Shown here in pieces: positions 1-10,387 of a stretch of DNA of 64,000 bases. Each line of letters opens with the position of its first letter. Positions within the stretch are counted from its first letter, which is position 1. Below the pieces are notes generated by a model. It had not been told where the DNA came from. It did no database searches and was given only the letters and a program-made list of their open reading frames with translations. A program made the position numbers and the translations under genes. This DNA is from Candidatus Enterousia sp. (GTDB lineage Bacteria; Pseudomonadota; Alphaproteobacteria; Rs-D84): positions 94,628 through 158,627 of the forward strand of contig JAZROV010000002.1 of assembly GCA_045648885.1 (NCBI GenBank), given 5' to 3'.

Positions 1-40
1 ATATCATAATAAAACGAAATCAACAGCGTTTTTAAAAGAA

Positions 41-2365
41 ATGTTTGCAAAATATTATGATGTTGAAACTTTTGATTTTGACCCGTATAAAGATGATATG
101 TCAAAACATTTTTTACCGTTAAAGGGCAAAAAATATGACGTAGTTGTAATTTTTCAGATAATGCCGGAATTAGATAAATTAAAAAAATATATCAAATTCA
201 AACACTGTGCGTTTTTCCCAATGTATGACGGTGTTCCACCACGCGACAATTCGATTTGGTATCAATATAGAAATGTAAATATAATCAATTTTTCAAAAAC
301 TTTACACGATGAATTAAAATTACTAGGTTTTTCATCTTTTTATTTTCAATTTTTTCCAAAGCCCATAGAAATAACAGACCAAGGTGATGAAAAATCTATC
401 TTTTTCTGGCAAAGAATAAATGCGATAAATATCAATACGCTTGAAAAACTGATTGATTTCAAGGGTATTAAACATATTCATTTTCATCACGCAATTGATC
501 CAAAACATACTTTCGTTGAACCGTCAGACAAAATTGCAAAAAAGGCGACACATTCAACATGGTTTGAAACGCGCGAAGATATGCAAAAACAAATGCAGAA
601 ATCTGCTGTTTATATTGCACCACGCGCATTTGAAGGTATCGGAATGTCTTTTTTAGAAGCGATGTCGATGGGGCGTTGTGTGATTGCACCAAACAATCCG
701 ACGATGAATGAATATATTGTGAACGGTGAAAATGGAATATTGTATGATTTAAATAACCCCATGCCGATTGATTTGTCTGATATTCGCGGTATTCAAAAAC
801 GTACTGAAAAATTCATCAAAGATGGATACGAAAAATGGGAATCAGAAAAGTGGAAAATTATAGATGTTTTGACACACAAGCCTGTCATAAATAAATCAAA
901 ATTAAATAACAAATATCTACAAAAACCAGACTTTGATAACCTTTATAATTTATTTGGAATATTGCCGATTATGCGCATAGTTGGACATAATTGGCACAAA
1001 GCATATAAATTATTTGGTTTTTTACCATTTTTGTTGATCAAAGGTAATGATTTTAGACGCCGTGTATATGTTTTTGGTTTGCCTGTTTTAAGAATAAAAG
1101 GTAATAAACCAGAAATAAAACCTGGACCCGTTAATAATATGCCAGCAGAAGTGACTATGAATTTGCAGAAAACACCAAACCCGAAAGGGCGTGTTTTGAT
1201 GGTTTTTCATATGAATTTTTTACGAAAAGATCAAGGTTGTTCAAATTATATATATGAAACCGCGATGTTGTTGAAAAAAATGGGCTATGCAATTGATTTT
1301 TTCTCAGCAGATTTGTTTAGTTTTAATGCATTTGGTGATTTGGCAGAATTAAATAAACGTGAAAAATTAATAGATAATTTTTATTTTGCAAATTATAAAA
1401 ATTCAACCAAATATGAAACGTCGTGGGATGTGCATGCATCTGATATAAACTGGGTTAACGATTTTACCCGCAGATTTTTTGAAAAAATAGTTACACAAAA
1501 TAAATATGATTATATTGATATACATTACATACAATGGGCAAATTTGTTGTTGAATCGTAAAAAGTTATTTCCAGATACTGTTGCTGTGTATCATTGTCAA
1601 GATAGCAATTTTATGCAAAAATTTTTAAACACTGTTGCAGATTTACCAACAACTGCAAATATTGTAGCAAATGCGTTTGCAAGTGAATATAAATCGTATG
1701 GTTTATTTGATAAATTTATGTGTATTTCATATGATGAAATGTTGTTTTGGCAAAAATTTTTCCAAAACAAAGAATTTTATTTTATGCCACATCCATTGAA
1801 CGCAATAAGATATGATAATAAAAAACATAAAGATATAGATGTATTATTTTTGGCGGCATATAATCCGTATAATTTACATGGTCTGCAATGGTTTGTTGAT
1901 GAGGTTTGTCCGCATTTAAGCAAAAATATAAAGATAACAGTTTGCGGACGTATAGTGCAGTTTTTGAAAACAAATAATCCAGAATATATAGACAAAATGA
2001 AAAATTTAGGTTTTAATTTAATTGATTATGCTAATAATTTGGAAGATTTGTATTCTAAAACAAAGATAGCAATGGTGCCTTTGTATGAAGGGACTGGTAT
2101 GAAAATTAAAACCATAGAGGCCATGTCACATAATATACCAATTGTGTCCAGAAGTGCCGGTGTTGATGGTTTTCCAGATAAAACAAATAATGGAATTTTA
2201 GTAACCGATGATCCACATCAGTTTGCAAAGTATTTGGAAAAATTGTACACAGATAAAAAGTTTTATAACAATATCAAAGATCGAGAATACGAATATTTTC
2301 AAACGCATTTTTCTAAAACAAATGTGCAAGATTTGATGAAACGTGTATTTGTTGTTAATAAATGA
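41..2365 (+). CDS. two-domain glycosyltransferase (GT-B/GT4-like N- and C-terminal domains) with central basic-hydrophobic repeats
   Basis: 774-aa ORF. N-terminal domain has EGIGMSFLEAMSMGRCVIAPN and the C-terminal domain has EGTGMKIKTIEAMSHNIPIV, both matching the GT4 E-x7-E-type nucleotide-sugar binding signature. The central region carries three LFGxLPxxxIKG repeats. Confidence 0.6.
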   Translation: MFAKYYDVETFDFDPYKDDMSKHFLPLKGKKYDVVVIFQIMPELDKLKKYIKFKHCAFFPMYDGVPPRDNSIWYQYRNVNIINFSKTLHDELKLLGFSSFYFQFFPKPIEITDQGDEKSIFFWQRINAININTLEKLIDFKGIKHIHFHHAIDPKHTFVEPSDKIAKKATHSTWFETREDMQKQMQKSAVYIAPRAFEGIGMSFLEAMSMGRCVIAPNNPTMNEYIVNGENGILYDLNNPMPIDLSDIRGIQKRTEKFIKDGYEKWESEKWKIIDVLTHKPVINKSKLNNKYLQKPDFDNLYNLFGILPIMRIVGHNWHKAYKLFGFLPFLLIKGNDFRRRVYVFGLPVLRIKGNKPEIKPGPVNNMPAEVTMNLQKTPNPKGRVLMVFHMNFLRKDQGCSNYIYETAMLLKKMGYAIDFFSADLFSFNAFGDLAELNKREKLIDNFYFANYKNSTKYETSWDVHASDINWVNDFTRRFFEKIVTQNKYDYIDIHYIQWANLLLNRKKLFPDTVAVYHCQDSNFMQKFLNTVADLPTTANIVANAFASEYKSYGLFDKFMCISYDEMLFWQKFFQNKEFYFMPHPLNAIRYDNKKHKDIDVLFLAAYNPYNLHGLQWFVDEVCPHLSKNIKITVCGRIVQFLKTNNPEYIDKMKNLGFNLIDYANNLEDLYSKTKIAMVPLYEGTGMKIKTIEAMSHNIPIVSRSAGVDGFPDKTNNGILVTDDPHQFAKYLEKLYTDKKFYNNIKDREYEYFQTHFSKTNVQDLMKRVFVVNK

Positions 2366-5300
2366 AAGAGAATAAAATGAAAAAACAATTAAACATATTG
2401 ATTGATGGACGCACTTTAAAATGGGGCTTATCTAAGGGTACGCGTAACGGTATTTTTTTCGTAACAAAAAATGTTTTTCAAGAATTAACGCAAAGAAACA
2501 ATGTAAACATACACATGTTTTTACCATGTGAAGATGCAAATTTATCAGATCAATTGATTAGTTTAATAGGTGCAAAATCTATGTCTGTTGTGACAGATCG
2601 AGATGATATGTCATCAATAGATGCATTTTTATCGCCATTGGAAAAAATACCGGATTGTGTGAAACAATATCCAAATATTTCGAATTATACAATATTATAT
2701 GATGTGACTCCGTTGATTTTTCCAATGTATTTTAAATCTGGGTCTACAGGTTGGTTTGAACAATTGGTGGCTTCATTAAATTTACAAGATTTCTATTTTT
2801 CAATTTCTGATTATACTAAATCTGATTTTTTAAGGTATTGTCCAAATTTAGATAGTGATAAAATTACAACAATACCTTTGTCGACAAATTTACCATATAA
2901 ACCAAATACAAAAGCAAAACAATTAGCGGCTGTGTGCAAAAAATATAATATACCAACCGACAAAAAATATCTTTTTTCCCTTTGTTCGCTGGAACCACGT
3001 AAAAATTTAATTCGTGCTGTAAAAACATTTTTGGATTTTATAAAAAAAAATAAAATCAATGATTTGGTTTATGTCTTGGGCGGTGGTGCGTGGAGCGGTT
3101 TTGTTGAAAAATTAGAAAAGGAAGTTCCAGATTATCAAAAATATTCTGATAAAATTATTCGTGCAGGCTATGTTGATGATGCTGATTTGGAAATTTTATA
3201 TTCCAACGCGTTGTGGTTTGTTTATACTTCGCAATACGAAGGTTTCGGTATGCCGCCATTAGAGGCAATGTCTTGCGGATGTCCTGTGATTACATCAAAT
3301 AATACCAGTTTGCCAGAAGTTGTTGGTGGGGCGGGTCAAATGATAGATTGGGACAGTGACGAACAACATGTTGCATCGTATGAAAAATATTATTTTGATG
3401 AAAAATATCGTAAATCAATGGCGAAAAAAGGGTTGGCACGTTCTAAAAAATTTTCATGGAAATCTGCCGTTGATATTATTTTAAATAAAATGAATGAAAT
3501 TGAAAAACGCAAATCAAACAAACCATTGGTGACTGTGGTCACAGGCTCTTTTAACCTGATTAAAAACGGTCGGCAGGAAACGTTTGCGCAAACAATAGAA
3601 TCTGTTCAAAAACAGACATATAAAAATATTGAACATATTGTGATTGACGGGGCTTCGACCGATGGCACAATCGATTTGTTAAAAGAATATGAAAAAAAAG
3701 GCCTTATTAAATACTATTCTGAACCAGACAAGGGTATTTATGATGCTATGAACAAAGGTATTTTAAAGGCCAAAGGAAAATATGTAGTTTGTTTGAACAG
3801 TGATGATTTTTATTCTGATGAACATGCGATTGAATGGTTAGTGAAAAAAGCAGAAGAACAAAATGCAGATGCTGTTTATGCTGATGCTGTGCGTGTTAAC
3901 CCAAAAACTTTGGCGGTTATAAATGTATGGCCAGGAAAAGGAAATTTCCAACCATGGAAACCGCAATTCCCGTGTCATCAAACATTTTTAATTAAAACAG
4001 ACGTAATGAAAGAATTAGGATTGTATAAATTAAAATACAAAGTGTGTGCGGATAATGCTTTTTTTTGTCGTTTGGAACAACATAATAAAAAAATTGCCGT
4101 GTTGGATAGAAAAATTATAACTTTTCGCGATGGTGGTTTTTCAAATGATAATATGGCTGTTGTAGAACAAGATAAAAAAGAGCTTTTGTTTGAAGAGTTG
4201 GGGCAATATCATAATTTAACAAAAGACGATTGTTCAAATTTGATTTTAAACAGATTTTGTTCTTTGCCTATTGATGATGCTATTAAATTAGGTGCTAAAC
4301 TTGAAAAATCAGAATGGGTTAAACAATATTTTAATATTTTATCTGATTATCATTTGCGCAATATACGTGTTCCAGATAAAACAGAAATAAATTGTGTTTT
4401 TAATTTATTTGATGTTTTTCGGTTATTTAAATATGAACAAACCAAAGATTTCGTGCGTTTAAAAATATTTGGTATCACAGTGTTTAAAATCAGAAAAACA
4501 TTATATTTTCAAAAATATTATTTGTTTGGGTTGCCTATTTTTAAAATAAATAATTTAACCCAGAAAAGAAATATACTGCAAAATATAATGTTTAAATTTG
4601 CAAATAAACAAAAAATATTCAAAAGAAATAAATTTTTATTGGTTGATAATACATTTAATAATACTGCCGAATTGACCGATAGTTTTGCTTTGTTTGAATA
4701 TTTACAGGCACATCCAAAATATAAAGATAAAAGTTATTATATTATAAACAAATTAAACGCACAATTTGACGAGATTGCAAAAAAATATCCGAACAATATT
4801 ATTCCGGTTGAACATGGTCGTTTAAATTGGTGTTTGCTTTGGAAAATGGTACGTGCAAAATATTGGATTGATTCATTCCAGGTTATTGGTTCTTTTGATC
4901 CAGATGGCGAGATTTGTAATGGACAAATCACAACTGTTTATGCACAACATGGTATCAATTATCTTAAACTGGGTTTTTTGGGTGATATGTCAATCAGTCC
5001 AAAATATTTTAATAAAATAATTTTCAGCAATGAAACAGAACGCGATTTATTCAAAAACTATTATGGCTATGACGATAAAAATACAATTATTGCGGGCTTG
5101 TCTCGTTGGGATTTAATGAAAGAGAAATCTGAAGAAAAAATAATTTTTGTGTTCTTTACTTTCCGAGATTATTTAAGAAAATTATCGGGAGATGCGATTG
5201 CTAAGACACGGTATTATGAAAATGTTTGCAGATTGTTAAATTCAAAAAAATTAAATGATTTGCTGAAAAAACATAACGTAAAATTATATGCAGCAGTTCA

Positions 5301-6189
5301 TCACGAAATGATAAATAATAAAACAATAAAAAATACTTTGTCGCATATCAATTTTATCGCAGATAAAGATATTGGTGAAATCAAACAAAAAGCGTCTATG
5401 TTGATTACTGATTTTTCCAGCATGTGTTTCGATTTTATGATAAAAGATAAACCTGTTGTTTTCTTCCACATAGATGCAGGTGATGAACTTTGTAAATTAT
5501 CGCCAGATAGTTATGAAAATGATTTAAATGTCGAATCTAAAAATGACGAACTTTATAATGTCTTTTACGATGTTGATGGTGTTTTAAATTCGATTGAATA
5601 TTATTTAAAACATAATTTTGAATTGGAAAAAGATAAAAAAGATAAACATTCAAAATTTTTCGCATATCAGCAAGATATTCGTCAACATATTATTGATGGT
5701 TTATTAAAATCGCCAGATAATATCTATAATGATGTTTTTCAATATGATTTATCTGATTTACCAGCGCTGCAATATGATACACAAATTATTTTCAATAATG
5801 ATATGCCTATGCATGTATATGGTTTAGCTGGCGCTGAACCATGGGGATGTTGGAGTGTTGATAAAAAATGCGCGATGGCTTTTAAATTACCAAATGAAAG
5901 TGAGGTTGTTTTGAAATTTGATTGTTCTGGATATGTCAATGATTTGCATCGAAATTTAATTGTAGATGTGTTTACTAATAATAAACGAAAAACACAATGG
6001 AAATTCAGATATGGCAAAACATTTAATGCACCAGAAATTAAAATTACTAAGCAAGATTGTGACGACAATAATATATGCAAAATCTATTTCGTTGTACGTA
6101 ATGCTAAATCTCCATATAAACTTGGCATCAGTAATGATAAGCGTTCTTTGGGAATCGGATTTAAGTCTTTGATAATTCATAAGTGTTAA
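2362..6189 (+). CDS. multidomain glycopolymer synthase: GT4 + GT2 + TagF-like CDP-glycerol/ribitol phosphotransferase + conserved C-terminal module
   Basis: 1275-aa ORF whose start overlaps the upstream stop by 4 nt (ATGA). GT4 motif EGFGMPPLEAMSCGCPVITSN. GT2 region VTGSFNLIKNGRQETFAQTIESVQKQTYKNIEHIVIDGASTDGT with DxD at CLNSDDF. TagB/TagF-like region ending ITDFSSMCFDFMIKDKPVVFF. C-terminal module PWGCW ... SPYKLGISNDKRSLGIGFKSL. Confidence 0.6.
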   Translation: MKENKMKKQLNILIDGRTLKWGLSKGTRNGIFFVTKNVFQELTQRNNVNIHMFLPCEDANLSDQLISLIGAKSMSVVTDRDDMSSIDAFLSPLEKIPDCVKQYPNISNYTILYDVTPLIFPMYFKSGSTGWFEQLVASLNLQDFYFSISDYTKSDFLRYCPNLDSDKITTIPLSTNLPYKPNTKAKQLAAVCKKYNIPTDKKYLFSLCSLEPRKNLIRAVKTFLDFIKKNKINDLVYVLGGGAWSGFVEKLEKEVPDYQKYSDKIIRAGYVDDADLEILYSNALWFVYTSQYEGFGMPPLEAMSCGCPVITSNNTSLPEVVGGAGQMIDWDSDEQHVASYEKYYFDEKYRKSMAKKGLARSKKFSWKSAVDIILNKMNEIEKRKSNKPLVTVVTGSFNLIKNGRQETFAQTIESVQKQTYKNIEHIVIDGASTDGTIDLLKEYEKKGLIKYYSEPDKGIYDAMNKGILKAKGKYVVCLNSDDFYSDEHAIEWLVKKAEEQNADAVYADAVRVNPKTLAVINVWPGKGNFQPWKPQFPCHQTFLIKTDVMKELGLYKLKYKVCADNAFFCRLEQHNKKIAVLDRKIITFRDGGFSNDNMAVVEQDKKELLFEELGQYHNLTKDDCSNLILNRFCSLPIDDAIKLGAKLEKSEWVKQYFNILSDYHLRNIRVPDKTEINCVFNLFDVFRLFKYEQTKDFVRLKIFGITVFKIRKTLYFQKYYLFGLPIFKINNLTQKRNILQNIMFKFANKQKIFKRNKFLLVDNTFNNTAELTDSFALFEYLQAHPKYKDKSYYIINKLNAQFDEIAKKYPNNIIPVEHGRLNWCLLWKMVRAKYWIDSFQVIGSFDPDGEICNGQITTVYAQHGINYLKLGFLGDMSISPKYFNKIIFSNETERDLFKNYYGYDDKNTIIAGLSRWDLMKEKSEEKIIFVFFTFRDYLRKLSGDAIAKTRYYENVCRLLNSKKLNDLLKKHNVKLYAAVHHEMINNKTIKNTLSHINFIADKDIGEIKQKASMLITDFSSMCFDFMIKDKPVVFFHIDAGDELCKLSPDSYENDLNVESKNDELYNVFYDVDGVLNSIEYYLKHNFELEKDKKDKHSKFFAYQQDIRQHIIDGLLKSPDNIYNDVFQYDLSDLPALQYDTQIIFNNDMPMHVYGLAGAEPWGCWSVDKKCAMAFKLPNESEVVLKFDCSGYVNDLHRNLIVDVFTNNKRKTQWKFRYGKTFNAPEIKITKQDCDDNNICKIYFVVRNAKSPYKLGISNDKRSLGIGFKSLIIHKC

Positions 6190-6210
6190 TAAAAAGGCAG
6201 TGGTGAAATC

Positions 6211-7176
6211 ATGAAAAAACAAACAAACAATTTAAGTAAAAAAACTGAGCATGTTGAAAATGTTCTGTATTTAGCGAATCAGAACGAAATTGAAAAGTTT
6301 TTTTCTGAATATGGTCAATATCATGGGCTTAGTCGGTATGATATCAACAGATTGGTTAACAATAATTTTCTTGGAATTCCATTAAATGAAGCTATTGAGT
6401 TGGGTGCAAAATTGGAACGGCCAGAATGGAAACAAGAATATTTTGATATTTTATTAAATAATCATATCTATTCAAAAAAACAAAATTTTTCAGTTATTGG
6501 TAATAGTATGCCTTTTGTGAAAAAATATTATTTGTTTGATTTATTGCTGTTGATGAAAACGAAGTTGAAATATGGTATTAAACGTTATTTGTTATTTGGC
6601 TTTTTGCCTTTGATTCGTATCAGGTATCAAGACAATAAATTAAAAGATATTTTATTGTTGTCTGTGATACCGTTTTTTTCCAATACATATGATAGTATTC
6701 GTTTGTTCGGTATACCGGTGTTTTTTAAACAAAAACTGAACGAAACTTATATTCCGATTAAACCGGGCTTTTACAGCACTGCTAGGATGTTAAAGTTTGT
6801 CTTGAAAGGGATGTTTGCTTGTGAAGCATGGGGTGCGTGGTCGCGTGGTGATTCGACATCTTTTTTATTAAAAACCGATGATAAATATATTGCAGAATTT
6901 GATGTGAAACCTTTTTGGGCCAAAGGTAAAGAAAAACAAATCGTGACAGTTTATCTGAATGGTCACAGAAAAAATAAATATGTTTTTGAAGCAGGACAAA
7001 AAATTCCAAAAATCAGTCTTGTTTTGCCTAAATCAGAAAGATTGCACATAATGTTTAAATATACAGATGTAAAATCACCAAAGGATTTAGGGTTATCTGC
7101 AGATGGACGCAAAATCACGATAGGGTTTAAATCGTTAGAAGTAAAAAATATCATGGACGAGAAACATAAATGTTAA
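6211..7176 (+). CDS. paralogous accessory protein sharing a linker region and the C-terminal module with the upstream polymerase
   Basis: 321 aa. The N-terminal segment (GQYHGLSRYDINRLV...AIELGAKLERPEWKQEYFDIL) aligns with residues about 620-690 of the 1275-aa protein. The C-terminus EAWGAWS...SPKDLGLSADGRKITIGFKSLEV is the conserved module. It carries LLFGFLPLIRIRY and IRLFGIPVFFKQK repeats. Confidence 0.5.
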   Translation: MKKQTNNLSKKTEHVENVLYLANQNEIEKFFSEYGQYHGLSRYDINRLVNNNFLGIPLNEAIELGAKLERPEWKQEYFDILLNNHIYSKKQNFSVIGNSMPFVKKYYLFDLLLLMKTKLKYGIKRYLLFGFLPLIRIRYQDNKLKDILLLSVIPFFSNTYDSIRLFGIPVFFKQKLNETYIPIKPGFYSTARMLKFVLKGMFACEAWGAWSRGDSTSFLLKTDDKYIAEFDVKPFWAKGKEKQIVTVYLNGHRKNKYVFEAGQKIPKISLVLPKSERLHIMFKYTDVKSPKDLGLSADGRKITIGFKSLEVKNIMDEKHKC

Positions 7177-8807
7177 AAAAACAAGAAACGCCATATTGTA
7201 AAAAATATTTTTTATTTGGAAAATGTATTTGGCAACACCGAAAGCCAATTAAAGAAATAGCAGAATATTTATTATCTGTGGTTTCAGATTCAATAAAATC
7301 TGAAATTGATAAATCAAATGCGGCTTTGCGGATGCTGTCTGATGCGATAGATAAAAAATTTTCAATTTTGAATGAATCTGATATTAAAAATGCAAATCAA
7401 ATTGATAAAATAAATTCAAATTTAAAAAAATATACTTTGAATACGCAAACGGATAATTTAAACCGCGCTGTTCAATTGTTGTCTGAAACTGTTGATGCAC
7501 GCTTTGATGTTTTGCAATCTGATGTTAAAGATTATATTAAAAATATATATGAAAAAGTCAGATATTTTAAAATATGCGACAATAAATTATTAATTGATGG
7601 TTTATACAACATAGAAGATTGGGGTGGATGGATAAATGAAACATGTAATATCTATTTGCGGTTTGATAAAAGTATAAAAAATGACGTTGATATTCAAATT
7701 GATATTTCTAGATTTAATACCAAATCAGAACAAGATCTAATTGTATTTATCAATGATGAGTTTTATCAAAAATTTGTAAATGTGTCTGGAAAGATTTTGG
7801 TACAAATACCATATCAAGATTTGATAAAACATGATTATAAAATTATTTTATCTTTTGTTGCCCCAAACCAAATTTCACCATTTGAATTAGGTGTTGGTAA
7901 TGATACTAGAAAATTAAGTTATGGTATTATCAGTATTGAATCAAATGCAGATGTCATATTGTCTGGGTTTGATTCAAAAAGTTTTTATGATTTCAATAAA
8001 TACACAACTTGTTTTATGCAAAATGAATGGTTGCAGTATATCTCAGAAGATTTAAATAATAACAAATTGCAAAATTTATATTGTGGTTTATCCAAAGACA
8101 GTGTTGATATATTGAATCTTTTAATGTATCGCAGACAAAATGAATATAAATTTTCTGGAATGGAATTATATCAAAAACATTTAGCGTGGACTAATGATGT
8201 TTCAAAATATAAAATTGTGAACAAAATTGGTTTTCAACCAGAAGTGTTCTTTTTCAAAAATGGTTTAAAATTTATTGACGATAAAATTATAGAAAGACAT
8301 TTATCAAATGGATGTATCATAGACGGTGGTGCCTGTAGTGGTGATTCTGCGTTGATGTTCGCTGAATATGATTTTGTTAAAAAAATTTATGCGTTTGAAC
8401 CAGTTAAAAATACATTTGCCGATATGGCAGAAACATTGACAATAAATAATTGTTCAAAAGCCGAAGCAATAAATGAGGGTTTGGGCGATAAAAACGGAAT
8501 TACAGAAATTATGGGTGAAAAATGTAAAGTCACAACATTGGATAATTTTGCAAAAAATAAAACTATATCATGTATAAAGTTAGACGTAGAAGGTATGGAA
8601 TATAAAGTAATTCAAGGGGCCTTAGAAACAATTAAACGTGATAAACCGTTGTTGTTGATTTGTATATATCATACACCAAAAGATTTTTTTGAAATAAAAC
8701 CGCTTATTGAATCTTTAAATTTAGGTTATAAATTCAAAGTTGTTGATACAGAACCGTGTAATTATGCGGTTGGTATTCATGCAATGTTGATTGGGTATAC
8801 GGAGTAA
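7170..8807 (+). CDS. coiled-coil / conserved-module / FkbM-family methyltransferase fusion protein
   Basis: 545 aa. The central DWGGWI...SPFELGVGNDTRKLSYGIISIES is the conserved module. The C-terminus IIDGGACSGDSALMFAEY...AFEP matches the FkbM/SAM-dependent methyltransferase signature. Start overlaps the previous stop. Confidence 0.55.
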   Translation: MLKKQETPYCKKYFLFGKCIWQHRKPIKEIAEYLLSVVSDSIKSEIDKSNAALRMLSDAIDKKFSILNESDIKNANQIDKINSNLKKYTLNTQTDNLNRAVQLLSETVDARFDVLQSDVKDYIKNIYEKVRYFKICDNKLLIDGLYNIEDWGGWINETCNIYLRFDKSIKNDVDIQIDISRFNTKSEQDLIVFINDEFYQKFVNVSGKILVQIPYQDLIKHDYKIILSFVAPNQISPFELGVGNDTRKLSYGIISIESNADVILSGFDSKSFYDFNKYTTCFMQNEWLQYISEDLNNNKLQNLYCGLSKDSVDILNLLMYRRQNEYKFSGMELYQKHLAWTNDVSKYKIVNKIGFQPEVFFFKNGLKFIDDKIIERHLSNGCIIDGGACSGDSALMFAEYDFVKKIYAFEPVKNTFADMAETLTINNCSKAEAINEGLGDKNGITEIMGEKCKVTTLDNFAKNKTISCIKLDVEGMEYKVIQGALETIKRDKPLLLICIYHTPKDFFEIKPLIESLNLGYKFKVVDTEPCNYAVGIHAMLIGYTE

Positions 8808-9063
8808 AAAATGGCAAAAAAACGAATATGTGTTATCGAAAGATGATAATCAAAAATATATTATTAAAAATATAGAAAAAGAATTTTTGAATGATTGGGT
8901 TACACCAATATTGCCGAGTGTCGAAAAAAAGTTAAAACTAGAAATAACAGATAGTTGGTACAATACAAAATATACAATTGATTTTATAAAAGCGACATAT
9001 GCTTATTATGACAAACATCCAGAATTGGTAAGTTTAAATAAACACATTGTTGATAATATTTAA
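8791..9063 (+). CDS. hypothetical small protein
   Basis: 90-aa ORF overlapping the end of the upstream gene by 17 nt. No recognisable motif. Confidence 0.2.
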   Translation: MGIRSKKWQKNEYVLSKDDNQKYIIKNIEKEFLNDWVTPILPSVEKKLKLEITDSWYNTKYTIDFIKATYAYYDKHPELVSLNKHIVDNI

Positions 9064-9068
9064 AAATT

Positions 9069-9100
9069 TTGTTTATTTTTTAACCAATTTGTGATATAAT
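9069..9100 (+). promoter_or_regulatory. candidate sigma70 promoter with extended -10 (TGaTATAAT) upstream of the tail-fibre-like gene
   Basis: tgtgatataat at 9090-9100, followed by a strong Shine-Dalgarno AAGGAG 7 nt before the ATG at 9188. Confidence 0.35.
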
Positions 9101-9187
9101 ACCAAACATAGGCGGTGATTTGTATCATCGCTGTTTTTTTGTGCCTGGTTTTTTATCAGGCGTTTTTTTATTATTTAAGGAGAAATA

Positions 9188-10378
9188 ATGTCTAGACAAA
9201 TACAAATCCGGCGCGGCAGTGCCGCTGAACACGATAATTTTACCGGTGCAATTGGCGAAATTACTATGGATACAACAAACAAAACTCTGCGTGTACATGA
9301 TGGGGTTACGGTTGGGGGTAATGAAATTATGTCAATGGATAAATTTTATTCAAATATAACGAATTGTATTACATGTATTCCACAAGATATAAATTTAAAA
9401 TTATCTGATGGGACATTGACTTTAAAGGCTGGTAGTAAATGTTATCTGAAAACAGACACAACTACACCAAGTATTGCTGTTTCATCTGATTTAACAACTA
9501 CACAAACAACGAATGGTAGTTATTTTGTGTTTTATGATGGAACTGGTTTGACGACAGCTTTGACTAATACGTATGATTATTCTAGTTTGCCAGATACATA
9601 TTCATTGCCTTTGGCGATAGTGACTGTTTCAGGAAATACTATATCGTCCATTGATCAAATATTTAATGGTTTTGGGTTTATTGGTGCTAAGGTTTTTGTT
9701 TTACCTGGTGTCAAAGGGTTGGCTCCAAATGGAAAAAATTCAGATGGAACTTTGAAAAATACAACTATTTCTATATCATCTGTAAAAATATCAGATACAT
9801 ATAATTCAAAATATGTTATGAATTCAGACGGTATAGTTCCTGCCAGTTATACAACGTATGTTGAACAGGACACCAAACCAAGTTTTTCTAATGGTGATTG
9901 GTATAATCCAGACGAAAATATTATGTATCAAATAGTCAATGGGGTTGCCATACCAAAGGTTAGATTATACGCGTTCGATGTTTTTGCAGCTGGCAGTGGT
10001 GTTCAACCGGCTATAGGAATAAAACTAAAACAAACATTTCATTCGTTAAGTTATGGTGACAAAGGTGTTGTTGCAGGTTGGAGTATGCCATCAGGTAAAA
10101 AAATATCTTTGACATTAGGGGCGTCGGATTCAACATACAAAGCACCAGCAAATGGTTGGTTTTATTTAGAAGCAATTGTTCCAACTAATGGGTATGCAGT
10201 TCGACTTGTTGCAACAGATGGGACTGCAAAGAAATCCCAAGTTCGTTCTGGTGCAAATAACCAATATTGTATTGTTCCATTATATCCCACATATGCTGGT
10301 GAAATAGTTCAGGTTCACTATGATGGAACTTTATCAAGCGTATCATTTTTATTTATTTATGCGCAAGGCGAAAAATAG
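9188..10378 (+). CDS. phage tail-fibre-like protein (conserved tail-fibre N-terminal motif)
   Basis: N-terminus IQIRRGSAAEHDNFTGAIGEITMDTTNKTLRVHDGVTVGG matches the RRGxAAxW...GEIGxETDTxKxKIGDGVT motif shared by phage tail fibre and hyaluronidase-type proteins. The remainder is Thr/Ser/Gly-rich and beta-rich. Confidence 0.5.
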   Translation: MSRQIQIRRGSAAEHDNFTGAIGEITMDTTNKTLRVHDGVTVGGNEIMSMDKFYSNITNCITCIPQDINLKLSDGTLTLKAGSKCYLKTDTTTPSIAVSSDLTTTQTTNGSYFVFYDGTGLTTALTNTYDYSSLPDTYSLPLAIVTVSGNTISSIDQIFNGFGFIGAKVFVLPGVKGLAPNGKNSDGTLKNTTISISSVKISDTYNSKYVMNSDGIVPASYTTYVEQDTKPSFSNGDWYNPDENIMYQIVNGVAIPKVRLYAFDVFAAGSGVQPAIGIKLKQTFHSLSYGDKGVVAGWSMPSGKKISLTLGASDSTYKAPANGWFYLEAIVPTNGYAVRLVATDGTAKKSQVRSGANNQYCIVPLYPTYAGEIVQVHYDGTLSSVSFLFIYAQGEK

Positions 10379-10387
10379 GAGAATAGA

